Virus record (IMG/VR): IMGVR_UViG_3300028585_000023
Location: 370 to 64,369 of that record
DNA: 64,000 nt
Origin: a virus
Reading direction: 5' to 3' (one strand)
Every line of letters starts with the position of its first letter. The stretch's first letter is position 1. Both the position numbers and the translations under genes were made by a program. The notes below the pieces were generated by a model. It had not been told where the DNA came from. It was given only the letters and a program-made list of their open reading frames with translations, and ran no database searches. Below are positions 1 through 9,288 of this stretch, piece after piece.

Positions 1-986
1 ACGCCAGTATAAATGTCGTTATAACCAATGGCGCGAATACGGATGTTAGTGATGTATTCAATGTACTGACAAACGATCTCTCTGTTCAGTCCGATCATTG
101 ATCCATCCTGGAACAGATATGCCGCCCAATCCTTTTCCTGTTCTGCAGCATCTTTGAAGATCGCGTAGACTTCGCCTTCACACTCTTTCGCGATGTCAGC
201 CATTTCTGGATCATCGGCACCGCTGCGCATCAGCATGATCATGTGCTGCGTGCCGGTCAGGTGCAGTGCTTCATCACGCGCGATCAGTTTGATGATCTTT
301 GCATTCCCTTCCATCAGCTCGCGTTCTGCAAACGCAAACGAGCAGGCGAATGAAACGTAGAAACGAATCGCTTCCAGCACGTTAACCGACACAATGCACA
401 GATATACCAGACGTTTGATTGAACGCAGTGAGACTTCAACCTTCTTACCGTTGATGCTGTGTGTACCAGCACCCAGTAGATTGTAGTACATGCATTCTTC
501 GATCAGCTGGTCGTAATACTCAGATACCGATGCTGCACGCGCCTTGATGTGTTCGTTGGTCACGATGTCATCAAAGATAATGCCCGGCTCCGTAAAGATA
601 TTACGGATGATGTGGGTATACGAGCGAGAGTGAATGGTTTCAGAGAATGCCCAGGTCTCAATCCAGGTTTCGAGTTCTGGCAGAGACGTGATTGGCAACA
701 GCGCCACGTTTGGAGAACGACCCTGAATAGAGTCCAGCAGGGTCTGGTATTTCAGGTTGCTGATAAAGATGTGCTTCTCATGATCCGGCAGACCGTTAAA
801 GTCAATACGGTCTTGCGACACATCAACCTCTTCAGGACGCCAGAAGAAACTCAACTGCTTTTCGATCAGCTTTTCGAAGATCTCGTACTTCTGCTGATCA
901 AAACGAGAGACGTTGACCGACTGACCCAGGAACATAGGCTCAAGCATCTGATCGTTTTTAGTGGTATTGAAAGTACTATACTGCAT
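1..986 (-). CDS. nrdB: Ribonucleotide reductase class Ia beta subunit (runs off the left end of the window; not in the ORF track)
   Basis: Manual translation from ATG at 986: [22 protein letters not shown]...FFWRPEEVD...[10 protein letters not shown]...[14 protein letters not shown]...[10 protein letters not shown]...RDEALHL; all diiron ligands and the radical Tyr are present. Confidence 0.96.
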   Translation of the reverse strand, partial: MQYSTFNTTKNDQMLEPMFLGQSVNVSRFDQQKYEIFEKLIEKQLSFFWRPEEVDVSQDRIDFNGLPDHEKHIFISNLKYQTLLDSIQGRSPNVALLPITSLPELETWIETWAFSETIHSRSYTHIIRNIFTEPGIIFDDIVTNEHIKARAASVSEYYDQLIEECMYYNLLGAGTHSINGKKVEVSLRSIKRLVYLCIVSVNVLEAIRFYVSFACSFAFAERELMEGNAKIIKLIARDEALHLTGTQHMIMLMRSGADDPEMADIAKECEGEVYAIFKDAAEQEKDWAAYLFQDGSMIGLNREIVCQYIEYITNIRIRAIGYNDIYTG

Positions 987-1012
987 GTAGTCTACTCCAA
1001 AAGAGAATAACG

Positions 1013-1285
1013 TTAATTAGATCGAGCTAAATTCTGAGTAACACAACGTGGCGTACCGTCCGTGCTTTTCGCTGAGTTACAAACCAGGACAGTATTGGTC
1101 GCTTGATTCACGACAGTTACTGTTCCATCATTACACTGTGTGATCACTGTGTTATCTGTGATCGCCGATGTACAATTAGGTGGCTTATCTTCCGCCTGAA
1201 CAGATTGTGCAAAGAGAATTAACAAGGTACCGATCAAAAGACAAACCAATACCACACCAAGACCTTTTATAGTGCCTTTGCTCAT
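1013..1285 (-). CDS. Small secreted or membrane-anchored Cys-containing protein
   Basis: Likely start MSKGTIKG at 1285 after a G-rich SD; hydrophobic N-terminus ending AQSVQA; four Cys in the mature part. Confidence 0.7.
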   Translation of the reverse strand: MSKGTIKGLGVVLVCLLIGTLLILFAQSVQAEDKPPNCTSAITDNTVITQCNDGTVTVVNQATNTVLVCNSAKSTDGTPRCVTQNLARSN

Positions 1286-1295
1286 GACACCCCCC

Positions 1296-1397
1296 CTACT
1301 GCCAATAAGTGACGTAAACAACGTACCCGTAGAAAGTCAGGGTAAGTATTGTACCAATACCAGCACCGATACAAAATGCTTTAAGGAAATAATTCAT
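1296..1397 (-). CDS. 33-aa hydrophobic peptide, not in ORF track
   Basis: MNYFLKAFCIGAGIGTILTLTFYGYVVYVTYWQ, AAGGGA SD, fills the gap between co-oriented genes. Confidence 0.6.
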   Translation of the reverse strand: MNYFLKAFCIGAGIGTILTLTFYGYVVYVTYWQ

Positions 1398-1409
1398 TGC
1401 AGTCCCTTA

Positions 1410-1493
1410 TCAGATCACGTGGTGGAAGACAGCCATGCGCGCCAGTACACAAGCGACTAACAATCCGACTGCATAGATAACCGCCATTATCAT
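1410..1493 (-). CDS. 27-aa hydrophobic peptide, not in ORF track
   Basis: MIMAVIYAVGLLVACVLARMAVFHHVI; fills the gap but SD is weak. Confidence 0.4.
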   Translation of the reverse strand: MIMAVIYAVGLLVACVLARMAVFHHVI

Positions 1494-1503
1494 TAACCAA
1501 AGG

Positions 1504-1995
1504 TTATTCACGAGGTGTCCAGCCCGAGTCTTGTTTGATCGGCACCTGTTTTACGTAGCTGTCAATAAGGTCTTCATCGATCTTATCAAACGACTTCAGC
1601 CAATCAGGAATAGCATCAGGGAAGAAGCCAGGCTGAAGAGTATAATGACCAGTACCTGTTTCACGATAAGCGCGACAGGCCAACATATCGAAAAGGTAAT
1701 TATAAACACTTCCCTCTGGATCATCCGGGGCATTGGTGTGGTTAGTAACACGCTCATCAAGATCACGGATAGCATCCTGGATCGTTTTACCGAAACCTAC
1801 CGGGTACCAATCGGTGCGAAAGAGACCTTCTTCCAGGTTGTCGTGATCGCCATGCTTTCCGCCTGCGTCATCAGCCATCGCTTCGGCGTGGTGCTCTGCT
1901 GATAAGAATGCACAGAACCAACCACCCATACGCTGATGAACAACCGTCAGCGTGCTCATGGTGTTCTTCATGAAACTGCTCAAGTCGTTAGTCAT
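1504..1995 (-). CDS. Hypothetical protein
   Basis: 163 aa ORF with GGGAG SD, co-oriented with neighbours. Confidence 0.75.
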   Translation of the reverse strand: MTNDLSSFMKNTMSTLTVVHQRMGGWFCAFLSAEHHAEAMADDAGGKHGDHDNLEEGLFRTDWYPVGFGKTIQDAIRDLDERVTNHTNAPDDPEGSVYNYLFDMLACRAYRETGTGHYTLQPGFFPDAIPDWLKSFDKIDEDLIDSYVKQVPIKQDSGWTPRE

Positions 1996-2016
1996 AACAA
2001 CTCCCAGATTGTTAAG

Positions 2017-2035
2017 GAGGGGTCAATGACCCCTC
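2017..2035 (-). terminator. Stem-loop GAGGGGTCA-A-TGACCCCTC, possible terminator or processing site
   Basis: Perfect intergenic inverted repeat; U-tract weak. Confidence 0.45.
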
Positions 2036-2041
2036 GATAGA

Positions 2042-2269
2042 TTAGATATCCATTGCGGTATCACTGAAACGAGCTGCTTGTTTGATCTCCTGAATAGGAC
2101 GACCCCAATGCCAGCGTTGATTACCACACATCGTGCAGCTACAGATGCAAGGTGTATGTAACACCCGTCCCACAGCTTTAGCGTTCGCACGCTTAGATCC
2201 GACGTTATGGTAATGCTTGCGTTTAGCTTTTAAGCGTTTCATGTGATGGCGATTCATTGCAATTGACAT
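2042..2269 (-). CDS. Small basic protein with putative Zn-binding H..CxCxCxxC motif
   Basis: K/R/H-rich N-terminus; HTPCICSCTMCGNQR. Confidence 0.75.
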   Translation of the reverse strand: MSIAMNRHHMKRLKAKRKHYHNVGSKRANAKAVGRVLHTPCICSCTMCGNQRWHWGRPIQEIKQAARFSDTAMDI

Positions 2270-2277
2270 ATGTCATT

Positions 2278-2322
2278 CTCCGAGTGCAGGCCGCAGGATG
2301 CGGCAAGCGTAGCAGCTCGGAG
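2278..2322 (-). promoter_or_regulatory. RNA hairpin that sequesters the GGAG Shine-Dalgarno of the 2042-2269 gene
   Basis: CTCCGAG/CTCGGAG, TGC/GCA and GCCGCA/TGCGGC stems in an 80-nt intergenic gap. Confidence 0.55.
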
Positions 2323-2349
2323 TGTCGATGGGCACGATGCATAATAACC

Positions 2350-2619
2350 TTAATGTGACAATGGCGTGCAATTATCATAACCCATTTCAACATGGGAAGT
2401 CTTTTTAACCGAATCATAGACGTATCTACATCCATTACTCTTATTTGTTAAAATAAACTCAGGGGTATTGTCGACGCTGGTTTTGTCAAAGTTATCAGCA
2501 GCAACCGCATGGACGTCGGTGCCGGATAACATCGTCATTAAACCAAACATACCTACTGAATAAATGCACAGGCAAATAAGAGTAACTCGAATGAATCTAC
2601 TGCCAGATTTACGTTTCAC
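2350..2619 (-). CDS. Signal-peptide or TM-anchored hypothetical protein
   Basis: Basic N-terminus, hydrophobic stretch, Cys pair in C-terminal part. Confidence 0.7.
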   Translation of the reverse strand: MKRKSGSRFIRVTLICLCIYSVGMFGLMTMLSGTDVHAVAADNFDKTSVDNTPEFILTNKSNGCRYVYDSVKKTSHVEMGYDNCTPLSH

Positions 2620-2635
2620 GTACTACGACCTTTAA

Positions 2636-3223
2636 TTAATTAGTGAGGAATGGAGCTTCATCGAAACCAACAACCTGCAATACAGAGTAAGGAACACGTT
2701 TGGTTAACCATACACCGTTTTCTGCACGGTAGAACACAATGCCAAAACGCTGCATTTTAACCGTATCAATCGCATACACGATGCCGTCCGTTTTGCGTCG
2801 AGTGGCAGACTTCCACGCCTGTTCACGATCATCGGTTAAATGGACGTATAAACGCTGCTGACGAGAGATCCCTTTACGGTCGATCGATTCCCTGTTAGAA
2901 GCCGGCGTACCGTGATAAAGGATTGCAGGCGGCGTAGCGAGCTCGTGATGCATGCCCTTCACACTGTCATGGGAATGCCCCTGCACTGCACGGATATATT
3001 GAAAAGCATCATCGAACTGATAACGACCCTTCTCATCCTCTTCAACGATCAGCTGAAGATCAACCAGTTCGCAGACACGACCTGTTGCATTGAGTTTATC
3101 AATTAGCGTCGCTACGTGTGTCCAACCATTCTCATCAAGAATGATCTCGAGCTCTTCTGGTTTGTGACGTAAAACCAGAGAAAGATAAATACTTAATTGG
3201 GTCGAGAGCTTTTTACTTAACAT
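2636..3223 (-). CDS. kptA: RNA 2'-phosphotransferase (Tpt1/KptA family)
   Basis: LSLVLRH, ENGW, KGRY, IRAVQGHS, LYHGT, RLYVHL, AENGVWLT motifs. Confidence 0.93.
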   Translation of the reverse strand: MLSKKLSTQLSIYLSLVLRHKPEELEIILDENGWTHVATLIDKLNATGRVCELVDLQLIVEEDEKGRYQFDDAFQYIRAVQGHSHDSVKGMHHELATPPAILYHGTPASNRESIDRKGISRQQRLYVHLTDDREQAWKSATRRKTDGIVYAIDTVKMQRFGIVFYRAENGVWLTKRVPYSVLQVVGFDEAPFLTN

Positions 3224-3232
3224 AAACGCCTC

Positions 3233-3523
3233 TTAAAGTTTGCCCAGCATATATAGGGAAGTCATGATCGATGACAGTACCATACTCATGGCAACGGTCC
3301 AGATTAACCAACCAACGAAGTCATGCTTGTTGGTGGCACCGGCATGTGAATCAACAATGTATTCACGCAAGTTATAAACAATCACCACGGCAATCGCAAA
3401 TATCGTCAGGTTCAAAGGAAGTGACCAGAGTTTAATCAGGATGCCCGATACGAACATCGTGACCATACCGGTAAACATCCAACGTAATACCCAATTCTCC
3501 AAGATACGCTCGTGCCATTTCAT
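3233..3523 (-). CDS. Membrane protein, about 3 TM segments
   Basis: Three hydrophobic stretches in 96 aa. Confidence 0.7.
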   Translation of the reverse strand: MKWHERILENWVLRWMFTGMVTMFVSGILIKLWSLPLNLTIFAIAVVIVYNLREYIVDSHAGATNKHDFVGWLIWTVAMSMVLSSIMTSLYMLGKL

Positions 3524-3524
3524 G

Positions 3525-3833
3525 TTAATAACCTTTGAGTCGATGGGGGACAGTGGTCTCGCGAGATTTCAACATCTTCGCAATCTTTGGTTGAGAGGTA
3601 CCGTACAGATAAGCCAGTTGGCGCTGAGACCATTTGGCATTGTACAGCTTTTTAATATTGCCTTCCGTGAGCTCTGGAAGATCACCAAAATAAGTGGTCT
3701 CGATTTGACCATCTTTTTGCGTGCCAAAACAGGCAACAAGTCCATCAATAGAAACGACCTCAACTTTGGGATACATCGTAGCGATGAGTTGTAAGGCATG
3801 ATGAACAACTGGGTTTGGCGTAGGCTTTGGCAT
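3525..3833 (-). CDS. Protein with C-terminal helix-turn-helix
   Basis: WSQRQLAYLYGTSQPKIAKML fits an XRE-like HTH. Confidence 0.6.
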   Translation of the reverse strand: MPKPTPNPVVHHALQLIATMYPKVEVVSIDGLVACFGTQKDGQIETTYFGDLPELTEGNIKKLYNAKWSQRQLAYLYGTSQPKIAKMLKSRETTVPHRLKGY

Positions 3834-3896
3834 GATAGTTCCTGATATGTGGTTACTAAAAGATTTAGTCGATCTGTACGTAATTACTGTTACGAC

Positions 3897-3924
3897 AAAA
3901 AATAAAGAGGGCCGAAGCCCTCTT
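3897..3924 (-). terminator. Intrinsic terminator with UUCG loop
   Basis: Minus strand AAGAGGGC-TTCG-GCCCTCTT followed by a T-rich tract. Confidence 0.85.
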
Positions 3925-3935
3925 GTTAATCCAGC

Positions 3936-4547
3936 TTATCCGCGTGCACCCTTACCGATGCCAGCGCCCACCATAGACATATAAGTTTCTGGCAGTGATT
4001 CAAACTTACGATGAACGCGCATGCATACACGTTTATTCATTTTGCTACGGTACTGGTCGAGCTCTGCTGCTAACATCGGACCGAAGTAACTTGGGTTACA
4101 CAGAGCGAACTGAAGATCATCACCGTTAGTGCGAGTCAGTGTAAAGACAACCCGATCACTTTGGATATCCGCGATTACGTCAGGTACGAAAATAAGACCT
4201 TTGAGATACTCGCCCTGTTCGGAGTTCGTTAACTCATGGTTCAAATGAGCGATGATCGATTCTAACTGACCTTTTACCGTACCGACCATTGCTTCGATAA
4301 CGATACCGGTGTCGTGGTAGTTACCTTTGCGCAGTAATAGGTAACGTGTGAAAATATCGCTCAGATCTGACATCACCTGGTTGTGATGGTCAACCATGTG
4401 CATTTTGAGGAGGTTCTCGTAACGCGTTTTGTTAAAGCTTTCGAAACGGAACTGATTGCGTGCGATAACGGCACCGACAATCACCACCGTAGCTAAAGTC
4501 AAAGAGATGAAACCGAGGCTGATTGCGGCGAACTGATGTGCTTGCAT
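3936..4547 (-). CDS. N-terminally membrane-anchored hypothetical protein
   Basis: Single N-terminal TM then helical soluble domain. Confidence 0.75.
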   Translation of the reverse strand: MQAHQFAAISLGFISLTLATVVIVGAVIARNQFRFESFNKTRYENLLKMHMVDHHNQVMSDLSDIFTRYLLLRKGNYHDTGIVIEAMVGTVKGQLESIIAHLNHELTNSEQGEYLKGLIFVPDVIADIQSDRVVFTLTRTNGDDLQFALCNPSYFGPMLAAELDQYRSKMNKRVCMRVHRKFESLPETYMSMVGAGIGKGARG

Positions 4548-4568
4548 GACGATACTCCTACAATTTGA

Positions 4569-5051
4569 TTAAGTTGGATTGATGCTGCTGAAATGGGTGA
4601 TCGACTTAACGATCTGTTCTACAAACATGTCTAACTGAATAGGCATGTCAATTGGACGATGATCTTCAACGATCTTCAAACGTAAGTCATTAAACGCCTT
4701 AGGTTTGAGTGTCACGCCATCGCGTTCAACGATATTTGCCGATGGGTAACCGAATGGCCCAAACTCGCTACGCATGCGCTCGATGCATTCTTTGGTTGCT
4801 TCTGCTAATGAGCAATCAGGCCAGCCATTACTGAAGTCAGTTGGACCCTCGTCATAGGCGGTAATGATCGCGTTCCAGATAGCCAACATGATGTCTGGTG
4901 TGCCCTCAAGCAGACGTGCTGCATCGGTGTGGTACGTGTGATCGTATTTGGCCTGCAGATACAGACTTTCCAGCCGATCGATGATTGTCACGAGACCAAG
5001 CTTTAGCTCAGCAATGCCCGCGATGTCATCCCCTCCTTTTATACCAAACAT
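4569..5051 (-). CDS. Hypothetical protein
   Basis: 160 aa ORF in operon. Confidence 0.7.
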   Translation of the reverse strand: MFGIKGGDDIAGIAELKLGLVTIIDRLESLYLQAKYDHTYHTDAARLLEGTPDIMLAIWNAIITAYDEGPTDFSNGWPDCSLAEATKECIERMRSEFGPFGYPSANIVERDGVTLKPKAFNDLRLKIVEDHRPIDMPIQLDMFVEQIVKSITHFSSINPT

Positions 5052-5519
5052 TTACTTATCCTCAGTAAAATCGAGTGACCAGCCTGTTGCGAGTTCACGG
5101 TTACGAATAGCCATCGCTTTGGTGAGTTTGTCATCTTTACCGTAGGTCAGCTCGACAACACAATTCGCCAACAGGATCTGATAACGAGGGAGTGTTCTCG
5201 CATCCATGAGGCAGAACATGGTGACGTTGTTATCACGGGCATAGTGCGCGAGGTCATAGGTCATTGACCCTGAGCCCGTTACCAGAACAACGATGGGCTT
5301 TTTAACACCGACAAATGCCTTGCTCAGTGTTTCGAGGTCATCCACATTACCAAATGCAAGATGGAAGTTATCCAGGTTTTCATTTACCCAGCTAAGACCC
5401 GCACCCATTAAAGGACCGCTATTGTTTTTGATTGATAACATAATGACATTACCAGGACTCAGTTGCTCCTGGCTGATCAGGTCGTAATAACGCGCATCTT
5501 TAAATTTAATTTCGCTCAT
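5052..5519 (-). CDS. Hypothetical alpha/beta protein
   Basis: 155 aa ORF, first gene after a putative early promoter. Confidence 0.7.
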   Translation of the reverse strand: MSEIKFKDARYYDLISQEQLSPGNVIMLSIKNNSGPLMGAGLSWVNENLDNFHLAFGNVDDLETLSKAFVGVKKPIVVLVTGSGSMTYDLAHYARDNNVTMFCLMDARTLPRYQILLANCVVELTYGKDDKLTKAMAIRNRELATGWSLDFTEDK

Positions 5520-5564
5520 GAAAAATATCCTTACGGTAATTGATTGATCAGGCCTATCGCATTG

Positions 5565-5584
5565 GTAATGTAGGTTTAACTTTT
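5565..5584 (-). promoter_or_regulatory. Putative phage early promoter (AAAAGTTAAAC-CTACATTAC)
   Basis: Intergenic motif found at five sites; resembles the phiKZ early TATATTAC-type element. Confidence 0.65.
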
Positions 5585-5615
5585 ATTGCAATCAAAAAAT
5601 AAAAAGTCATAATAA

Positions 5616-5641
5616 AAGAGGGAAGCCTAAGCCTCCCTCTT
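5616..5641 (-). terminator. Intrinsic terminator
   Basis: AAGAGGGA...TCCCTCTT stem followed on the minus strand by TTTATTATG. Confidence 0.75.
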
Positions 5642-5643
5642 AT

Positions 5644-5724
5644 TTAGTCTTTTAGCACACTTGTTACTAACACAGTCAGCGAATCCACCATTTCTATCCA
5701 TTCAAACATGTAAACCCTGAGCAT
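5644..5724 (-). CDS. 26-aa peptide, not in ORF track
   Basis: MLRVYMFEWIEMVDSLTVLVTSVLKD; GGAGG SD overlapping the upstream stop; ends just before the terminator. Confidence 0.55.
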   Translation of the reverse strand: MLRVYMFEWIEMVDSLTVLVTSVLKD

Positions 5725-5725
5725 G

Positions 5726-6157
5726 TTATCCTCCATTTAAGTAAGTCACTGCAAACCAACCATTACCGTAGAAGCCTGCGGTATGGCGATCAAGTAATTG
5801 ACGTGTCTGCATGAAGTGGTTAACCCGCATAGATGACCATGACATATCCGACAAGGCGAACTGTTCATTTTGAATATCAGTCGGGACAAATACTCGGATG
5901 AACCGCAAGTCCATGTTTGGGAACTCAGCCTGGATTGCCATCTGTGCAGCGATTTCGTTCTCAGCGGCAATGACGCCCGTATAAGTACTGAACGGCACAT
6001 GTTGCCACTGCGTGGTTGTGTCACAGAGTTCACCTGCCCCGGTAGTCCAGTATGCCAGGATATTCGGGTTAGGGGGATACTGCAACGGCACTACAATGGT
6101 GTTGGGATGCTGCCATCCGCACCAGTACAACTGTAATGGATTTACAGGAATGAACAT
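5726..6157 (-). CDS. Hypothetical protein
   Basis: 143 aa ORF with GAGG SD. Confidence 0.7.
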   Translation of the reverse strand: MFIPVNPLQLYWCGWQHPNTIVVPLQYPPNPNILAYWTTGAGELCDTTTQWQHVPFSTYTGVIAAENEIAAQMAIQAEFPNMDLRFIRVFVPTDIQNEQFALSDMSWSSMRVNHFMQTRQLLDRHTAGFYGNGWFAVTYLNGG

Positions 6158-6164
6158 AACAACC

Positions 6165-6878
6165 TCATGGGTTAAAAGGAAACTCTTTTGCTTTCAGAAT
6201 AGTTTCGAGGGGAGTAGGTTTTATATACGCCTCTTCCGCATCTATGATCGAGTGTTTCTCTTCGTGAACAAGCTTATTTGAGCCTATATACGTTTTAGAG
6301 AATGTCCAACGAGAAACTATACCGATGGTGCGAGCACGGCGCACCGTACTGCGTTTCAGCCAAATAGAATGTTCATCGCTTTTCATTGATAAACATAAGA
6401 GGCTTTGATCTAAATCAATGCCTGGACACACAAAGTTTCTGTGCTGGAATTTATCACGCGCTTTAGATCCGTCAAAGATAGCAGTGATCAAGGTCCAAGC
6501 ATCCCATGCCTCAATCGCTATTTCGATTCCAAGGTCACGACCAGCTTTTTCATCCGATAATAACCAATACCACGCTGCGATACCCAGCAGTTCAATACCT
6601 GGTCCGGCACCTGCTGCACTGTTCTCAACGAGTTTAAATTTTTCCTCAACAAGTTCACGCGGTAACATGCCGGTTCGATGACCGGTTCCCACGGGCCCGG
6701 ATGATAAGCACCGAGTCAGCACGATAACAAACCGATCGTCTGACGACCCGTTGTCATGTTGTTGAATTTCAATGGCATAGGGAATGTTAAATTCCTTGCC
6801 AGATTCCCGATCAAAGTTGGCATTAGCGAATTCAGCGACTTTATCCAGACGTATAACTTTGGTTGCAACAATAGACAT
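6165..6878 (-). CDS. Hypothetical protein
   Basis: Likely start MSIVATK at 6878 with GAGG SD. Confidence 0.75.
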   Translation of the reverse strand: MSIVATKVIRLDKVAEFANANFDRESGKEFNIPYAIEIQQHDNGSSDDRFVIVLTRCLSSGPVGTGHRTGMLPRELVEEKFKLVENSAAGAGPGIELLGIAAWYWLLSDEKAGRDLGIEIAIEAWDAWTLITAIFDGSKARDKFQHRNFVCPGIDLDQSLLCLSMKSDEHSIWLKRSTVRRARTIGIVSRWTFSKTYIGSNKLVHEEKHSIIDAEEAYIKPTPLETILKAKEFPFNP

Positions 6879-6967
6879 GGTATTTCCTCTTCTTTGTTTA
6901 GCCGACACTTTGTTTGGTCAGCGGGATATACAACTTCTTTATTTTGTCTACTTCTACAAATAGACAC

Positions 6968-6993
6968 AAAAAAGAAAGGGACCCGAAGGTCCC
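6968..6993 (-). terminator. Intrinsic terminator after the autotransporter gene
   Basis: GGGACC-TTCG-GGTCCC then TTTCTTTTTT. Confidence 0.88.
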
Positions 6994-7005
6994 TAACTTT
7001 ACAAC

Positions 7006-9204
7006 TTAGAAGCCGAAGCCGATACCGGCACCAGCGACAGCATCAGAATCGTTAGAGAAACCGACAGATGCCTTTACCTGTACGTTAGGACGGATGTTTG
7101 CACCCACGCCTACCGCCAGAGCAGTACGATCTTTGAACTGACCGATACCCGCACCTAAAGTCATTACCTGACCTGGGACGACCGGGATATTAGCCATCGC
7201 AGCGACTGAGGCAATGCCACTACGGTATTCTTTCTGATCGTCAGAACGGTTACGGTTCACTTCACCACGCAGATTACCAACTTGCTGATCAGTATAGCTC
7301 TTAGACTGCTGCAGGGTGCGAGCAGAAGAAGTATTGATGTTATTGTTGATGATCTGGTTGTTAGTGTTGTAGACGTCCTGGAACTGGTAGTAGTCGTTGC
7401 TCAGGTTAGAGATGTTCGTTTCATTGTTAGTGATACGCGTCTCGTGATTGTTAATCACTTTACCCTGATTGTTCACAACGGTCTGAGTCTCTTTGATGTC
7501 GGAGGTGTTCTTCGCGATATTAGACTCATTGGTGGTGATACGACCTTCATGGTTTGCGATCTGTGTAGTGTGCGTTGCAATCGTACCTTCCGCAGTAGTG
7601 ATGCGGTTGGTGTTAGACTGCGTCTGCTTCACGTTTTGTGTCAACACGTTATTAGTGTTGACCAGATCGTTACGGGTCTGCTGAATCTGCTGGGTATTGG
7701 ATGTGGTGCGGTTATCCAGATTCACGATGTCATTACCGTTTTTCTGACCGATACCCACAGCAACGTCCGCGGTGTTCTGCGCATTGATTGCTGTGTTCTT
7801 CGCATCCTGGCCGATGGCAACACCTGCGTTAGCAGTCTGCTGCGCATTATAGGCATCATTAATACCCTTCTGACCCAGACCGACTGCAACATCAGCAGTG
7901 TTCTGTGCGTTCACTGCTTTGTTGTAGCCTTCGTTCGCAACGTTACCAACGTTAACGATGTCGTTAGTGTTTTTGTCAACCTGCGACTGAACACCGTCTA
8001 CACGGTTATTGATGTTGGTACGATCTTTGGTCAGCTGATCATTGGTTTCACGCAGGCCACCTTCAACACCGTCTAAACGCACGGCATTGTTTTGTGAACG
8101 CGCATCCACCGCATTCAGATGATCACCCTGATCACGCAGTGTACCTTCGGCGGTATCCAGACGTGTTTCGGTGCGCCCGATACGCTCACCCGTTTCACTG
8201 AACTGTTGCTGTACCTGGTTGTTGACACCGGTCTGAGTTGCAATCGCACCGTCTACCTTGGTGTTCAGGTTACCCAGGTTGGTATTGGTTGTAGCCAGAC
8301 CAGTCTTCAGACCGCTGATATCTTTGCTGTTTTGTGCAGTTTTGCCTTCAACAGAAGTCAGACGACCATCGACAGATTTGTTCACACCCGCCTGTGCTTT
8401 GGTAGTTGCATCTACCTTCGCGCCCAGCGCATCAACTTTCAGATTTGCTACAGTACCCAGAACCACGCCAGCCGTACCCGTTGCTTGCGCAACATCAACA
8501 CGGTTACCCAGCGCTTTGCTATCTGCTTGTGCATTAGCAATCGCCGAATCCAGACGGGTGTTCAGAGCTTTGTCGCCAGCATCGATTTTGTCGTTCAACT
8601 GACCAGCAACTTTCACACCGGTGGCAGCCAGGTCATTGACCTTGCCATCGAGTGCATTGACTTTACCATCAACTGCCCCGATCGCCGCTGTCCCTGCGGC
8701 AGACAATGCGTCGACTTTGCTGTCCAGTGCGTTGGTGGCGCTAGCCGTGGTAGTGGACAGATTATCGATACGACCGCTCAATGCATCATCCGCGCTAACA
8801 CGCGCATCGATTTCACCGTTGAGTTTCGCACCCAGGTTGTTGATTGCAGCCGTGTTACCATAAGAGGTAGTCAGCGCGTTGTTAGCAGTAGCACGACCTT
8901 CGACAGCGATGTCAAATGCCTGGCCCGCTTTGATGTTGGTGTTGTTCAGTGCCGTGTTGGTTTTACCCAGCTCGCCATTGAAGTAACTGACCGACGTATC
9001 GATTTTGGTGTTAAGATTGTTCAGGCCGGTGTTCAACTGACCGATCTGCTGCGTGTGCAGCGTGGTGGTATTTTTCAGTGACGTGACGTCAGCTGTATTT
9101 TTGTTGACAGTGGTGTTTAAGATCCCCAGATCAAGATCGATCAGAGAAGCATTGGCCCCGGCGGTAAACAAAATAACAGAAATAGCAAGCGACTTTAATT
9201 TCAT
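7006..9204 (-). CDS. Trimeric autotransporter adhesin (YadA/Eib-like): Sec signal, long coiled-coil stalk, C-terminal YadA anchor
   Basis: Start MKLKSLAISVILFTAGANA at 9204; C-terminal GIASVAAMANIP...LGAGIGQF...ALAVGVG...VKASVGF...AGAGIGFGF ending in Phe; Asn-rich heptads such as NHETRITNNE. Confidence 0.88.
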   Translation of the reverse strand: MKLKSLAISVILFTAGANASLIDLDLGILNTTVNKNTADVTSLKNTTTLHTQQIGQLNTGLNNLNTKIDTSVSYFNGELGKTNTALNNTNIKAGQAFDIAVEGRATANNALTTSYGNTAAINNLGAKLNGEIDARVSADDALSGRIDNLSTTTASATNALDSKVDALSAAGTAAIGAVDGKVNALDGKVNDLAATGVKVAGQLNDKIDAGDKALNTRLDSAIANAQADSKALGNRVDVAQATGTAGVVLGTVANLKVDALGAKVDATTKAQAGVNKSVDGRLTSVEGKTAQNSKDISGLKTGLATTNTNLGNLNTKVDGAIATQTGVNNQVQQQFSETGERIGRTETRLDTAEGTLRDQGDHLNAVDARSQNNAVRLDGVEGGLRETNDQLTKDRTNINNRVDGVQSQVDKNTNDIVNVGNVANEGYNKAVNAQNTADVAVGLGQKGINDAYNAQQTANAGVAIGQDAKNTAINAQNTADVAVGIGQKNGNDIVNLDNRTTSNTQQIQQTRNDLVNTNNVLTQNVKQTQSNTNRITTAEGTIATHTTQIANHEGRITTNESNIAKNTSDIKETQTVVNNQGKVINNHETRITNNETNISNLSNDYYQFQDVYNTNNQIINNNINTSSARTLQQSKSYTDQQVGNLRGEVNRNRSDDQKEYRSGIASVAAMANIPVVPGQVMTLGAGIGQFKDRTALAVGVGANIRPNVQVKASVGFSNDSDAVAGAGIGFGF

Positions 9205-9288
9205 GGTCTTAATTCCTGAGAAGTATTGTTGGATATTGATTGACTGCACATGTGTAGTGATTCGATATTCCTTAGATTCACCACACCG

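Noticed and set aside
7282-9081. Long plus-strand ORFs (264 aa, 320 aa) opposite the adhesin gene
   Set aside because: Antisense shadows of a repetitive coiled-coil gene; no SD and no recognisable motifs. The same applies to most short plus-strand ORFs between 549 and 48676.
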